Below are positions 40,553 through 52,911 of a stretch of DNA of 64,000 nt, piece after piece. The stretch's first letter is position 1; the number at the start of each line of letters is the position of its first letter. The stretch is taken from positions 29,450,001 to 29,514,000 of the forward strand of contig CM126220.1 in NCBI GenBank assembly GCA_052327205.1, in the 5' to 3' direction. A program made the position numbers and the translations under genes. Under the pieces are notes generated by a model that was not told the origin of the DNA, searched no databases, and saw nothing but the letters and a program-made list of their open reading frames with translations. Origin of the DNA: Somniosus microcephalus (lineage: Eukaryota).

Positions 40553-43500
40553 CGGACCCCCCAAATGCTGGGGATGCCTGGCACTCCAGTTGGATCAGAA
40601 CTCTCTGCACTCGGGGCTGCAGTGAAATCATAATCTCAATACACGTGTTATGGACAGGGCGTTTGACTCACTGCTGAAGTGTAATACTGTATCTCATGGT
40701 TTAATCCAAGGTTCTGTTACCCTGTTTAAAGTATTCTGCTGTGACCTTCGCATGAAGTTTTTAGTAATATGAGAAGTGGAGTGGTGTATTTACGTCTTCT
40801 GAACTTTGAGTCCCGTCTGATAGACTGTGATGATCTTTTCCAGGCCTTGTACGTTCCTATGTAATCCATTCACCATCACATTCCCTTATTTAAGTGTATG
40901 GATGAACCAATCCTAAATTTCAGTGTTCAGCACGATTCCTGTACCTTAAAGCCAATCTCTAAGAAAGCATTTTTATGGGACGTTCACTCACTGAACACAT
41001 TAAAAAGCTTAAAATCAATATATATTAAACCCAAATTGTAGGTATATTGGGCTAGAAATTCATTATAGCTCAGGAATGGGTGGTGTCAGTAGAAAAGTTG
41101 GAGAATTAGCACCAGATGCTAATGTTTTTAGACTGCTCGCAAAATTCGTGCCCACTGCTCCTGCCAATAACTGTTGGCGGGGTGGGAGGGGGGGATTTGG
41201 CGTGCGGTGCTGGATTCGCCTCGCCCCAGCGATAATGCTCTAGCGTCCTGTTACTGAATTCTTCCCCCATATTCTTCCACGTGCGTAAAAAATATTTTTG
41301 CTTAACTGGCGTTATTAAACCAATGACAGTCTAGTAAAACAATTTCTTTAACTTATAGGGAAAATGTAGCCCTATATAATCTGATGTAAAATGCAGAGAA
41401 TAGACAGCTCTCAGTCCCAGCACCTTCGTGAAGTACAATGACTTCCACAAATAACAGATTGGGTTAATGCAGAGGAGGTTAAAGTTGGATTCATCCTGGT
41501 GATTGTTCTCTTCCTGTCAATGTTTTTGGTTCTGCTCCAGAACATCAGGGGCAGGTTTTTTGAAACCTCCCTTGTATACTGTGTTAGGGGGGTGGTGATG
41601 CATGATTCCTGCCCACTGAGCGATTCCTGCCCTGAGCTTATTTTGAAAGCAGTTCATCCTTTTCATCTCTTGATGAGAGATCATTTTTCTGTTGTAATTC
41701 TGTGCTTGAATCACTGATATTATAGAGTTATGATGGTGATTGAAGGCAGCATTGTTCAGTGCTTTTTTTGCGCTCTGATTTTTTTTTAAAGAGAGTTGCT
41801 GTGAGCGGAGACTATAATAGGACTACATGTGCTGTGCACGGAATGAAACGTTCCCTCATGCCTAGTCTAAACCTGCTGTTGCACTTTACAATTGGCGAGC
41901 ATACCAATCATTATAAACATTTCTATTGGGGTTTATAGGTTGAGTTCATTGCACCCCATGGCACTCTCTCTATGCAACCTGGAAGCATGTGTGCTCAGGA
42001 GGGCCAGTACTTAATAAGAGATGTACTGTCACATTGCCCAGCATTTGTCATGATTGGATAAAATTGCCACTCAAACAATGACAGTATTCCCAGAAATATG
42101 TACTTAAACTGATCTCGTAAAGATGTTTTGGAATTTGAGTAATTAAAGACCAGATAAAAATGCAATCACAAATATATTAGTGACTGTTCCTCTCAAATCT
42201 TTTTCACACCCCCCCCCCCCCCAAAATCTTAGTGTGCATTTAAACTTGCTTTCTGTACAAAAGCAGTTTCAGGTGTGCATCAACACAAAAGCTGACAGAA
42301 TAAATCTGGAACTAGACTCCAATCTGGCACTCGGCCACACTAAAGCTGGAGGTCATCTCATACTGGTTTGAGTTTGTAACAGCTGCAGTCTACCTCCAAT
42401 CCAACTACATTACTTTTTTTTTAATTTTGTACACAAACTTTGTAATGTAGGAACGAAGTGGATGCTCCCACCAATCCTTCTAGCTGTAAAAAATCAATTG
42501 CCCGGGGAGTGGAGCGGTACAATAAAACATTTACATTGTATCAGTCAGACTGAGGCCAGTCTGCAGCATAACTCCAACGATTGGTCTCAAATCAGTAACT
42601 GCAGTGTAATCGCAGCCTTGCTCATTCAGACATCAATTGGTTGAGTTTTCCAGGGTCCAGGAAATTCTGTGTGTTTGGTGTGCGTGGGGGCGGAGGGAGT
42701 GAGTGAGCAAAAGAGAGATGAGTGAAATAAGAGGAAAATACAACTAACAATTAATAAGTGTTTTGAAATGTGATGCAGAATGAAATCTACCAAACAATCA
42801 GTCCAATTCGTGGTGTTTTGAAGCCTGTTCTCTACACATTAAAAGTCAGAGATCATGCCATGCATCATTAGTGAGCAAATCCATGATCTTATTGAGTAGC
42901 GGAGCAGGCTCGAAGGGCCGTCTGGCTTGCTAATGTTTCTGATGTTCTTAAATGTTGATACATATATAGCATTTGTACTATTAATTACAGTAACAACTTA
43001 TCTGCAATTAGCAGCGAACTCGTTGTTTACATTCCCAATGAAAGGCACTGAATAGAATTGGTGATTTTCACACTCTGGGGAGGGGGAGATCCAAGCTTTA
43101 GTCATGTCCCCTCCTGTTGGCTGGAAACAGAACCTAATTCACTGCTGGAAGTTGCACGCTCACCATCTTATTGGGAATGCCCCACAGCCAACCCCTGACC
43201 CTGTCAGCAACACAAACCTGCAGCAACGGTAACTTGTTCATGAGGCAAATGGTTTTTTTCCAGATCCAGTTTATTAACCAGGATTTCTTGTGCCAGTCCA
43301 ATGATAATTCGCCAAAAAATAACCGTTTCTCACATTTGGCAGAAACCCCCCCCCCCTGTAAATACTAGCAACTGAAATAAAAAGCAAGATGCTGGAAACA
43401 CACAGCAAGTTCATCAGCATCTCGGAGAGAAAAGATCAGTTAATGTTTGAGGTGTAGACCTTTAGTCAGAATGTTCACACAGTGGGCCCAGGGTTGCAGA

Positions 43501-44256
43501 GTGCGTTTCAGGGTTCAAGCTTCTGATCGGGTGAAGTCAGTGGATAATTATTAACTTAACAGCAGTGCCTCTTCCACCATTACTGCCACACATCTGTTCA
43601 ACCATTGCGACTTTAAAAGTCTGCCCTTTAAGTGCAGGAAGCAATTTGCAACAATCCCAAGGTGGGGGCTGAACCATCTCCCGATCCAGGTTAAAAGTTG
43701 GTTTCTCCTATGCAACCAGTAATAGAAACCCAACCAAATTAAATATATAACCCAAAACAATGTACACACTTTTGACACTCGGGCGGTCAGTTTTTATTTG
43801 TCTCTTTGTTTGAGTTTCTTAATCATTTCCAAGCAGAAAAACCAGGCCATTTCCTGCTAAGCAATGCTGAATAGAACTGCAATGCTAGCCTTGGAGCTCT
43901 AGACTGTAGATAATAAAAAAAAAAGCTGTAAACTTGTATATATCTGATTTTATTTGAACGAGCTGGTTGTCTAAAACCCATTCTCTTCCTTTTTATGGTT
44001 TATTTATATGTACATATCTCAGTATTTTTTACAGCAGATACATTTTAATGGGTACCTTTTGATTTGCTTCACACCTGACAAGCTGCCTAGGAAGAATTTT
44101 AAAAAGAACAGACGAAGGTGATCAAGACACTTTATGCAAGGCGGATTTAACCGTGCTGACACCGCACCCATTCTTGTAATGCAGTATACAGTATAAATTA
44201 TAATATGCAATTAAAAATGTTACAGAAATAGAATTTGGAATACAAAGTTATTACTA

Positions 44257-44262
44257 AATAAA
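44257..44262 (+). terminator. Candidate distal poly(A) signal of TTC28
   Basis: AATAAA followed by a T/GT-rich tract (tgtatttcatgattgttattttg). Other AATAAA hexamers occur earlier (~36549, ~43376, ~43912). Confidence 0.3.
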
Positions 44263-46599
44263 CACATTGAAACTGGCTACTTGAGACTGTATTTCATGAT
44301 TGTTATTTTGAATATAGCAATGTCACAAAAATAGCCCATCGGGGAAGAATATGTCTGCCTATTAGTGCAGTTGATATCAGTCCCATTTTCAGAATGGTGC
44401 AAGCGTACAGTGCAAAGTTATGCTGTTGTTCCTGTGTCCATGTTGGCAGTGCCCAAGGGTGTCCCACAAGGTTTTATTCCTGGAGGTTAGTGCAGAATAT
44501 GAGCCTGGGAGATCCAAATCTGCTTTAAACTGTGGTCCTGCAGATGTACAATTAAACAGTGACAGATGTAGAGCAGGTTATGGAGACTGCTGTCAGGGCT
44601 GGCTTTCAATATGTGGGGCTCCTGCATTTCCACGCAAAACAGTGTGGCCCAGAATTTCTTCCAATCTCATGACCTGCAGCAGTCGAGGCTAGTGGTGTGA
44701 AATCACCACGTCAAGGTAATCTCACTCCCTGTACCATTTTCAAGTTTGGGAGGATATTGGCAGTATAATACTACACACATGGTGCCAACATGGCACAAAA
44801 GAGTGGATGTGCTTCATAAGCGAGGCAGATGATTCATTAATTGCTACAATCTGCTCAGGTACCAGAATTTTCATTGCCTGGAACTTTTTAATCCAATATT
44901 GTGGTACTCAGGCAATACTCAGGTTTGACTTGCTTGACTTAAAAAAAAACCTTCTAACTACCTTCCTGCATCCTAACCTTCTGAGTCTGGCCGAATTCCT
45001 GGCCCTGGCAGCTTGGTTTTTAAGAACCTGATGGTCAGTCTGTGTTTCTGTCCCCATATTATCTCCCTGTGTTCACAGCCACAGGAATGGACCAATGCCA
45101 GACAACCCTGCCGAACGCCCAGGACTAAAGATTTCCCAACTTCACGGGTGTATGATGTTTATCAATTAATGAGACAGATTGACAAACTGCTTTTTGGTCT
45201 TTGAGAAAACAAATTCAATGCCAAAGTCATTTGCAATTTAACCACATTTTGATACAGTGCTTTATCCCCCCCCCCCCCCAAACATGTGCGAATACACTTT
45301 ACTTTTAAAGTTAACTGTAGTTCAGTTCCAAATACTTTATGTGGAAAAATGGTCAAAATATCCCAAAGCATGATAGCTGTTTTGGGGCAATTAGAAAGGA
45401 CTGAGGTTTCAGTGAATGAAAATGCAACATCACTATTACTAATGCTTAGTTTATGGTTCATTCCAGGAATTGTGTGCACAACCATTTACACACACTGTTT
45501 TGTCCCCTATCTAGACAATTATCCACATGTACAATAACCAATGTTTCCTCCTAAACAACATAACTAAAGAAATATTCAACCAAGCAACAGAATTGTTTTA
45601 GATAGACTATCAGTGTTATTAAACCATGTACGGCTCTTCGGTATCTCCACTGTTGTCACCAAATGTGGTAAATTGTGGCAAAGGATAACTAATGAACACT
45701 ACTTTGGTATTTTTAGATATATTGCAAAAGTATGTTGTCCCTGTGTCATCTTTTCAAAAGTTCTAGTGGCTATGGTACCTAAGCAATTATAGAATACAGC
45801 AAACACCAGGGACCTACCATGCAAATGTCCCTTCCCATGATTTCCAAGGACAGCTCTGCCCTTATGTTGACACTACAACAAAACTACATCTTTATAAAGG
45901 TGGAAAACGAACAAAATTATTGTAAACATTTTTTACAGAAAGAATGGGGAAAAGAATGGATTTTCATTTATAACAGTCAATAGCAAAATCCACATGTTTT
46001 CATCTACCCTCTCTTCCCTGTCTCCTACCCCCAGCGACACATGTAATTTATTTAAGCCAAAGAATTTAGGTGGAAGTTGGCAAGAGGCATAGCCCAGGCA
46101 CCCTGAAGAGTGAGCAAGTGTACTGCTGGAGTTTAACCGGCTTGTACTGCACAATTTACCAGTACTGAGTATCAGTGCTACATTTCTGTTGCTTGTACAG
46201 CCAAGCTAATCCTACCCCATTTAGTTATCAGCTTGCAGGGTTACCTGAAGCTCAACGTGAAGGATCTCAGTTTCCAATGGCTGATATATCTGCCCACCTC
46301 CCATCCAGGAGCCACTAATCATTAATCCTTAGCTATGAGCATAAGCTTGGTTACTTTTTACATAAGTAACCCCAGTCACTCCTCCCAATGCTTCTGACAG
46401 TCATCCAAGGAGACCCAATCAGGGTTGAATGACAGCCTTCATATTTATGTTTCATCCGCCTGGGATGAGGGGTGCTCAGATAATGACCAACAACCGCTGG
46501 TACTAAAATATGCATCATATTTGCAATTAAGTTGTTGCTCCTATGAGGTTCCTATCAGCTCCCTGTGACTTTGTGAATTTCAATATAGGTAAGTGTGAG

Positions 46600-47098
46600 T
46601 TGGAGAAATACTCCTTGGAAAGTAAGAATTTAAATGGGGTAGAGGTGCAAGGGGTACAGATACGGGTTAACAAAGCCATAAAGAGTACAAAGCAAGCTGA
46701 AGGAATAGAATTGTAAAGCAGTGAAGTTATGTTTAACTTGTACAGAAGCTTGGTTAGACCACGCTTGAAGTACTGTGCTCAGTTCTGCACTGTATATTGC
46801 AAAAATGATACCGAAGCGTTGGAGAAAGTGCAAAAATGATGTACAAGGGTGAACCAGAACCGATAGGGTGCAACAATCAGGAAAGACTGAACAGGCTGAG
46901 GCTCTTTTCTCTAGAAAAAAGATTGAGAGGTGACCTGATAGAGATCTTTAAAATTCTGATGGTTGGCGATAGGGTAGATGTAGAGATGATGTTTCCACTG
47001 GTGGGGGGGGAGTTCAAAACTAGGAGTCACCAATATAAGATAGTCACCAATAAATCCAATGTGGAATTCAGGAGAAACTTCTTTACTCAGAGAGCGGT
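46600..47098 (+). mobile_element. CR1 LINE fragment, 3'-truncated against the putative PITPNB exon 1
   Basis: ERLNRLRLFSLEKRLRGDLIEIFKI...TRSHQYKI...FRRNFFTQR peptide; the CR1 tail is absent. Confidence 0.85.
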
Positions 47099-47099
47099 G

Positions 47100-48200
47100 A
47101 GCTGGAGTGGGGATGGGAAGAAGTGGTTTGCTCCGGATCGGGTCCTGGGGCTGGAGATGTCACCACACTGCATGCGGGTCTTGTGTGTATGTTTGGTGAC
47201 AGCAGTTGGAGTTTTTGCTACAGTGGTGCTCACCAAGGAATAGTAAGTGGAGGCTGAAACAGCGGAGATGTGCACCGCCCCCCTAAACTCGCGCTGTTCT
47301 TACCCCCGTCTGGCGAAGGGGCGGCGCAGTGGCCGCGGTATCGGCGAGTGAGAGAGGGACACTTTCAGCCCTGGTTCTGAGAGCCGGTGGCTGGGGGGTG
47401 AATCCTCCCTGCACCGGGGAAGCCCGTGTTCTGCCGGATTAAAGGGGATTTGATATCCAGAACCCTACTGCTATTCCCAGCCCTGAACTAAAACACAAAC
47501 CAGCAGCTCCAGCAAAGTGGCTGTTTGCACATGTCAGTCGATGTCAGTGATGTGACATTTCTGTGCATTATCATTTAGAACTTGATCCTGGAAACTGGTG
47601 GTAATTCGAGTTTAATTTCCTCCCTGTGCTGACACTGTACTTGGCTGTGTCTCGGGACTGGTGTCGGCCCCTGCAGAGCCCGAATGCAGAAGTGGAGCAT
47701 CTCGAATGTCCTCTGCTACCAGAGCCACGCAGACCTAAAGATCTGAGGGACTTCCACACTCCAGCCAGAGCCTGCGTGGAACAGTGGCGAGGGAAGGTGC
47801 AGCAACAGGACACGAGGAAGACTGTGTGAAGTTGAAACTCTTGGCCCCCCCTTCTCCAGTTATGTCGATGTTTTTTGGGGTGTGAACTATTGAAATGTAG
47901 GTCGCTCACGGTGCTTATGTTGGAGTCACTCAGTCCTGACACCCGGCGCTGTTGTTGGGTGTCGCCCTCTTTCGATTGTGGAGCTGCTTGTAAAATAATC
48001 GCCTTCATTATAATGTCGCCCCTGCATTTACAAAGTAACAAATAACCCGCATGTGTTGTTATTGATTGGTTTCTGCTTATCTGCCTGTCGGAAGTGGCTG
48101 TGCCGTGCCTCCTATCCCACTAATCCCAGTGCTGTGGACCGTCTCCATCGCTGCCTGGACGGGAGGATCCCAGTGCAAGTTTAGCGGCTGCTTTTTGTGT
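47100..48200. promoter_or_regulatory. GC/CpG-enriched region around the putative PITPNB exon 1
   Basis: Visibly higher CpG density (e.g. 47260-47440) against an AT-rich background, with no recognisable repeat. Confidence 0.45.
47157..47242 (+). CDS. PITPNB: Probable first coding exon of a class I phosphatidylinositol transfer protein (PITPNB by synteny) with an N-terminal extension
   Basis: GTG GTG CTC ACC AAG GAA TA|gtaagt matches the PITPNA/B exon-1 pattern M-V-L-x-K-E-(Y/F) with a phase-2 donor. It lies downstream of TTC28 in the same orientation beside CpG-rich DNA. In-frame ATGs at 47157 and 47172. Exon 2 was not found in the window. Confidence 0.6.
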
Positions 48201-48884
48201 GAGGTCTGCAAATACAGTACAAAGTTGCCTTTGAGTTACAAGGGAACTTTGTGGAAATGCACTTGAAGAAGTTGTTAAAATTATGGCGTCTTATCACCGA
48301 ATCAGGAAGTCCCGAATCGCTTTATAGCCAATAGATTACTTTTTGAAGTGTACTCGTGCTTATTCTGCCGGTGAACGTGGCAACCAATTTATACAAGGTC
48401 CCACAAACAGCAAATGCATTGAGTAAGGAGATAATCTTTGGTGGTGGTTGAGGGGAGATGTTGTTTAGGACTCTTTGAATAGTGCCGTGCAACATTTATC
48501 CCCATTTGAGTTGGCAGGTCGGGCCTCAGTAGGACCTCCTCTCTGAAAGATGGCATTTATTGATACACTGCTCCTCCAATACTGCAGTGAAGTGTCAGCC
48601 TAGATTAGAACCTTGTCTGTACAGTAATGGGACTTGAACCCATGACCTTCTGTCTGAGATGAATGCTACCAATTGAGCCAAACTGAAACCAGTAAGCCAG
48701 GTGACTGCTAATTCTCAGGCCCTCTAATAATTCAGCTACACATAAGTGTGTTCAATATTGTTTGGAAGTTGCTGATGGCATTATTGTTCACATTGCATAA
48801 AATTGAATTTAAATGAATTTAAACATAAACCTAGGCTGACACTCCAGTGCAGCGCTGAGAGAGTGCTGCACTGTCGGAGGTGCC

Positions 48885-49748
48885 AGACGGAATTTTGCTG
48901 GCGCACAGAATGCAGGTTTGGAGACGGGACCGCTGTCAAAAATCGCAAAGATTGACAGAGGGTAGGAAACCCGCTGTCAACCCGCCTCCAATCAATCTTC
49001 CCGGGAGTCGGGTCCCCGATTTGCGCATGGACCCGATACCTAGCAGCGGGAAGAGGATTATAGCCACTTAATTGCCCATTAACGGGTACTTGATAGTTGT
49101 TAACAGGCTCTTTTTCAATTTTGCCGCTTCTGCCTTGGGTTTCCGACATCTGGACACCACGCCAGGTTAAGTGTGGCGTGTTGTGAGTCTGCTGTAATGT
49201 TTCTGCACTGATGGTAGCTGCAGAAGTGGTGTGAAGGATCCAATGGTGCACTGGTGAGTTTCAGAGGTAAGAAAATGTTGGGAAAATCATTTTTAATGCA
49301 TTTACACTTTTCTGTAGGTAGCAAGTTTTGAATTGGATGTCTAGTCCCACCTCATTGGGAGAACCTCTCACTAGTGACGGATCGCTTCTGTAACCTCACC
49401 TGCAGCTGCCATCTGTTCTAGCCTAAGGAGGGAGTCACTGGAGAGCCTGGGTGCAAGAGCTCACCTTTTACAGTGATTGTCAGTGTTTGCAGCACCTAAA
49501 TGCTGTCAAACACTGAGAAATGAGCTGTCAAAAAAAAATTGTGCGTGGTCCCTTTAAGAAAACCAGCAGATGACACGTCATCAAATGACCGGCTTCCTCT
49601 TAATTGGCTGGCAAGCCTGCAGGGCAGGCTTAGCAAGGTCAATCAAGGGTAAATCATGTCCATGGGCCGGATGCAGTTGGGGGTGGGACTGGAACCCAGA
49701 AACCAGCTGACCCACTCCCAAGCCGTATCCATTTACAAAATCGCGGCT
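48885..49748. mobile_element. Harbinger-type non-autonomous element (family A, copy 3) nested in a Deu-type SINE (48830-50080)
   Basis: agacggaattttg / caaaatcgcggct termini, GCC...GCC duplication; the SINE reads ggaggtgcc|gtctttcag across it. Confidence 0.72.
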
Positions 49749-51407
49749 GCCGTCTTTCAGATGAAACGCTAACCCGAGGCCCTGTCTGCTCTCTTAGGTG
49801 GACGTGAAAGATCCCATGGCACTATTTCGAAGAAGAGCAGGGGAGGTATATCCAGTGTCCTGGCCAATATTTATCCCTCAAGCAACATATCAAAAACAGA
49901 TTATCTGATCATTATCACATTGCTGTTTGTGGGAGCTTACTGTGCACAAATAGGCTGCCACATTTCCCACATTACAACAGTGACTACACTCCAGAAAGTA
50001 CTTAATTGGCTGTAAAGCGCTTTAAGACGTCCGGTGGTCATGAAAGGCACTATATAAATGCAAGTCTTTCTTTTTCTTTCTTTATGTGTTCTCAGAATCA
50101 CTCCACGCCTTTTTTCTGATCCATGTTGGTTACTACCTTGCCCAACATATTTGCTGCCCTCCTCAACACCTGTATTAGACAATCTAGCGGCTGGGAGACA
50201 TATGATCTGCTTCAGCTGCGAGTGTGGCTACGACTTGCTGTGACTTCGGTGCAGATTGTGTGCATGCTTCCAGCTCTATGCTCTTCAGCCGCTGACCTAT
50301 TCTAGACTTTGTAGAGCCCTTGAATTCATTAGGAGAAGTCAGACAGGCAGGTAGAATCAAGGACAAGAAAAACCTGTCCACTGAAACTGGTCCTACCAGT
50401 ATTGCAAATTTCAGTTGATTGGACTGCACCTCAATCTGTCTTTGCTACCCTTGCCTGAAAGCTTGTTCCAGATGTTTATCACCCTTTACATTAAGTTCCT
50501 TTTGATATCTGATCTTCATTTTTCACTAATTTGTATTTGTGATCTCTGGTCCCATTATTCTGCCTAATTTTAAAGCAATCAGAATTTACCTTTGTGAGCT
50601 TCTCCCTCAACCAGCTTCTCTCTAAGCTGTAAACATTTTAAAACCTTTCTTTAGGGGTTGTTCTAGTTCTTTGCATTTTCTCCATTGCTTCCATATCACT
50701 TTTGCAGTGTTGGAACTTTCTAAATCAACCGTTACTTTTGCTGTGCCATTAAACAAACTTTTCCTAAGTAATATAATTGCCCTAGATAGTGTGTATTTGT
50801 AAATGAGTACACAGAATGACTTGTAGTAATGAGTTGGGATGTGTTCCATGTCGGCTAATAAATGTCTTCTGGATAGAATGTGCAGAGCAGCTGTTTCAGA
50901 TTTTATGTGGGTTTGTCTGCCTGGATTAAGATGGCACTTGAATATTGCCTACTTCTATTAGTATGATGGCAAATCTTGGGTATCACTGGCATTCTTGGAC
51001 AAGTGCTATACTATTAAAGGCTACACACAGCTGTCCGCTCTCCTCTGGAAAGTGTCCTTTGCTGAATAATGGCAATGTGCCACAAAACCTTTGGCCATAT
51101 ATGAGCGCACTGTCAACATTCTAAATATGTGATCCATGAAGTCTATGTATTTGAGTGTTTCTGTTGTTCAGAGTTGAATGCATTCCAAAGAGGAGTTACA
51201 TCATGTGTTCATCGAGAGCATTTTTGTGTTGGTTATATGGGATGCATTTTGGTGTCAGGTGGGCCCTGTCAAAGGCTGCTTGATCCTGGTCCAGTAGGTC
51301 ACAAAATTCTGCCCTTTGGATTGTCTGGTGAATGTGGGACTGCTATAACCTGATGGGACTTGCATCAGGTCTTTGTATCAGACTGTTAAACTGACAACAA
51401 CAACACG

Positions 51408-52205
51408 ATAGCAAAATACTGCAGATGCTGGAAATCCGAAATAACAACAGAAAATGCTGGAAAAACTCAGCAGGCCAGGCAACATCCGTGGAGAGAAATT
51501 AGAGTCGACGTTTCGGGTCGAAACCCTTTTTCAAAACTGGAAAGGAAATGAAATAGATCGAAGGCAAGGCTGCGATAGAACAAAAGAAGTAAAGGGACAT
51601 TAAGAGGTATTCAAAACCAGACGAGATGGTAATAGGACAGTGGAGACAAAAGACGGCTCAGATTAGGTGTGAAGTGTACTGGCAGGATGAGAGACAGCTG
51701 CCATGTGGGAGAGAGAAAAAAAAGGAAAGGAGGGGAAGGGAAGACCCAAAACAAAGGGGTGGAAAAAAAATGTAAGTAAAAATGTAATAGGGGCCGAGGT
51801 TATGATCTGAAATTGTTGAACTCGATATTGAGTCCGGAAGGCTGCAACGTGCCTAATCGGAAGATGAGGTGCTGTTCCTCGAGTTTACGTTGAGCTTCCG
51901 TGGAACAATGCAAGAGGCCAAGGACGGTCCGAGTGGGAATGGAGTGGTGAATTAAAATGACAGGCAACCGGAAGCTCGGGGTCACTCTTACGGACTGAAC
52001 GGAGGTGTTCCGTAAAGCGGTCACCCAATCTGCATTTGGTCTCCCCAATGTAGAGGAGACCGCATCGTGAGCAGTGAATACAGTATACTAGATTGCAAGA
52101 AGTACAAGTAAATCGCTGTTTCACCTGGAAGGGGTATTTGGGGCTCTGGACAGTGGGAAGGGGGGAGGTATAGGGGCAGGTGTTACATCTCCTGCGCTTG
52201 CACGG
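51408..52205 (-). mobile_element. Penelope-like element 3' part, same subfamily as 4395-6710, interrupted by the ERV
   Basis: Near-identical reverse complement of ~5936-6710; homology stops at ...cttgcacgg| exactly where the LTR TG begins. Confidence 0.9.
51503..51538 (-). ncRNA. Minimal hammerhead ribozyme motif, U3-A8 core, GUC cleavage triplet
   Basis: agtt-TTGAAAA-a-gggt ttcg accc-GAAA-cgt-c-gact. Confidence 0.65.
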
Positions 52206-52759
52206 TGTTGGGTGAAAATAAATTCACATCTAATCTGTGGTAAAGTAAAAGGTGCAGTTTATTGAAAACAGAGCTCTGGGAGAAGCGTCTCAGACCCCGC
52301 GGTCTGTTCGAGCACCTTCTCCCCGATCAACAAAATTCACAAGCTTATATACAGTACAAGACTGGAGCACATCGATAGCCTTGATTACATTACTTATTCC
52401 TTGGCCAGTCTGGCTTCGTGGCAACAGCCGCCCCCCTCCCCAATTATATTCCTTCAAAAACAACCTAATTATAACTTTACATCGTTAGCTAAGCCCCTTC
52501 TTTTAGTTCTGTCTTTTATCTAAGTTTGTCCAGTTATCTGGACAGCAGGGTCCTTTCTTACTTCATTGTGGCTTCGGCCGATCAGTGACTCGTGATTGGA
52601 CATGGCTAACCTTGTTATTGCAGCTTCTCATATCTCCACATGCTTAATCACTTTTGTAGTTCAGTCCATTGTGTTTTTAAACTAGTCTCGACTGAAACTA
52701 GGTTGTCCTGCTGTGTCGCTCAACTGCAACATTCAACTGGTTCAAATCCCAATCCTTCA
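52206..52759 (-). repeat. ERV 3' LTR (554 bp)
   Basis: On the - strand TGAAGG...CCCAACA, preceded by the PPT AATAGGAGGGAT (52760-52771). TATATAA at 52345-52351 and AATAAA at 52258-52263. The second LTR is not available to confirm the ends. Confidence 0.8.
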
Positions 52760-52911
52760 ATCCCTCCTATTGGTCCCGGTACAAATTTAGATTTTGCCCC
52801 GGGATACCAACTTCCAATGCCGTTTCTTGCCATCCACCGGGTAGTCACCCTGTATTGAGGGTTGGGCTCAATTGTCCTGAGCTCGTCCTTCGTTGCTCAT
52901 CATGTGACTCT

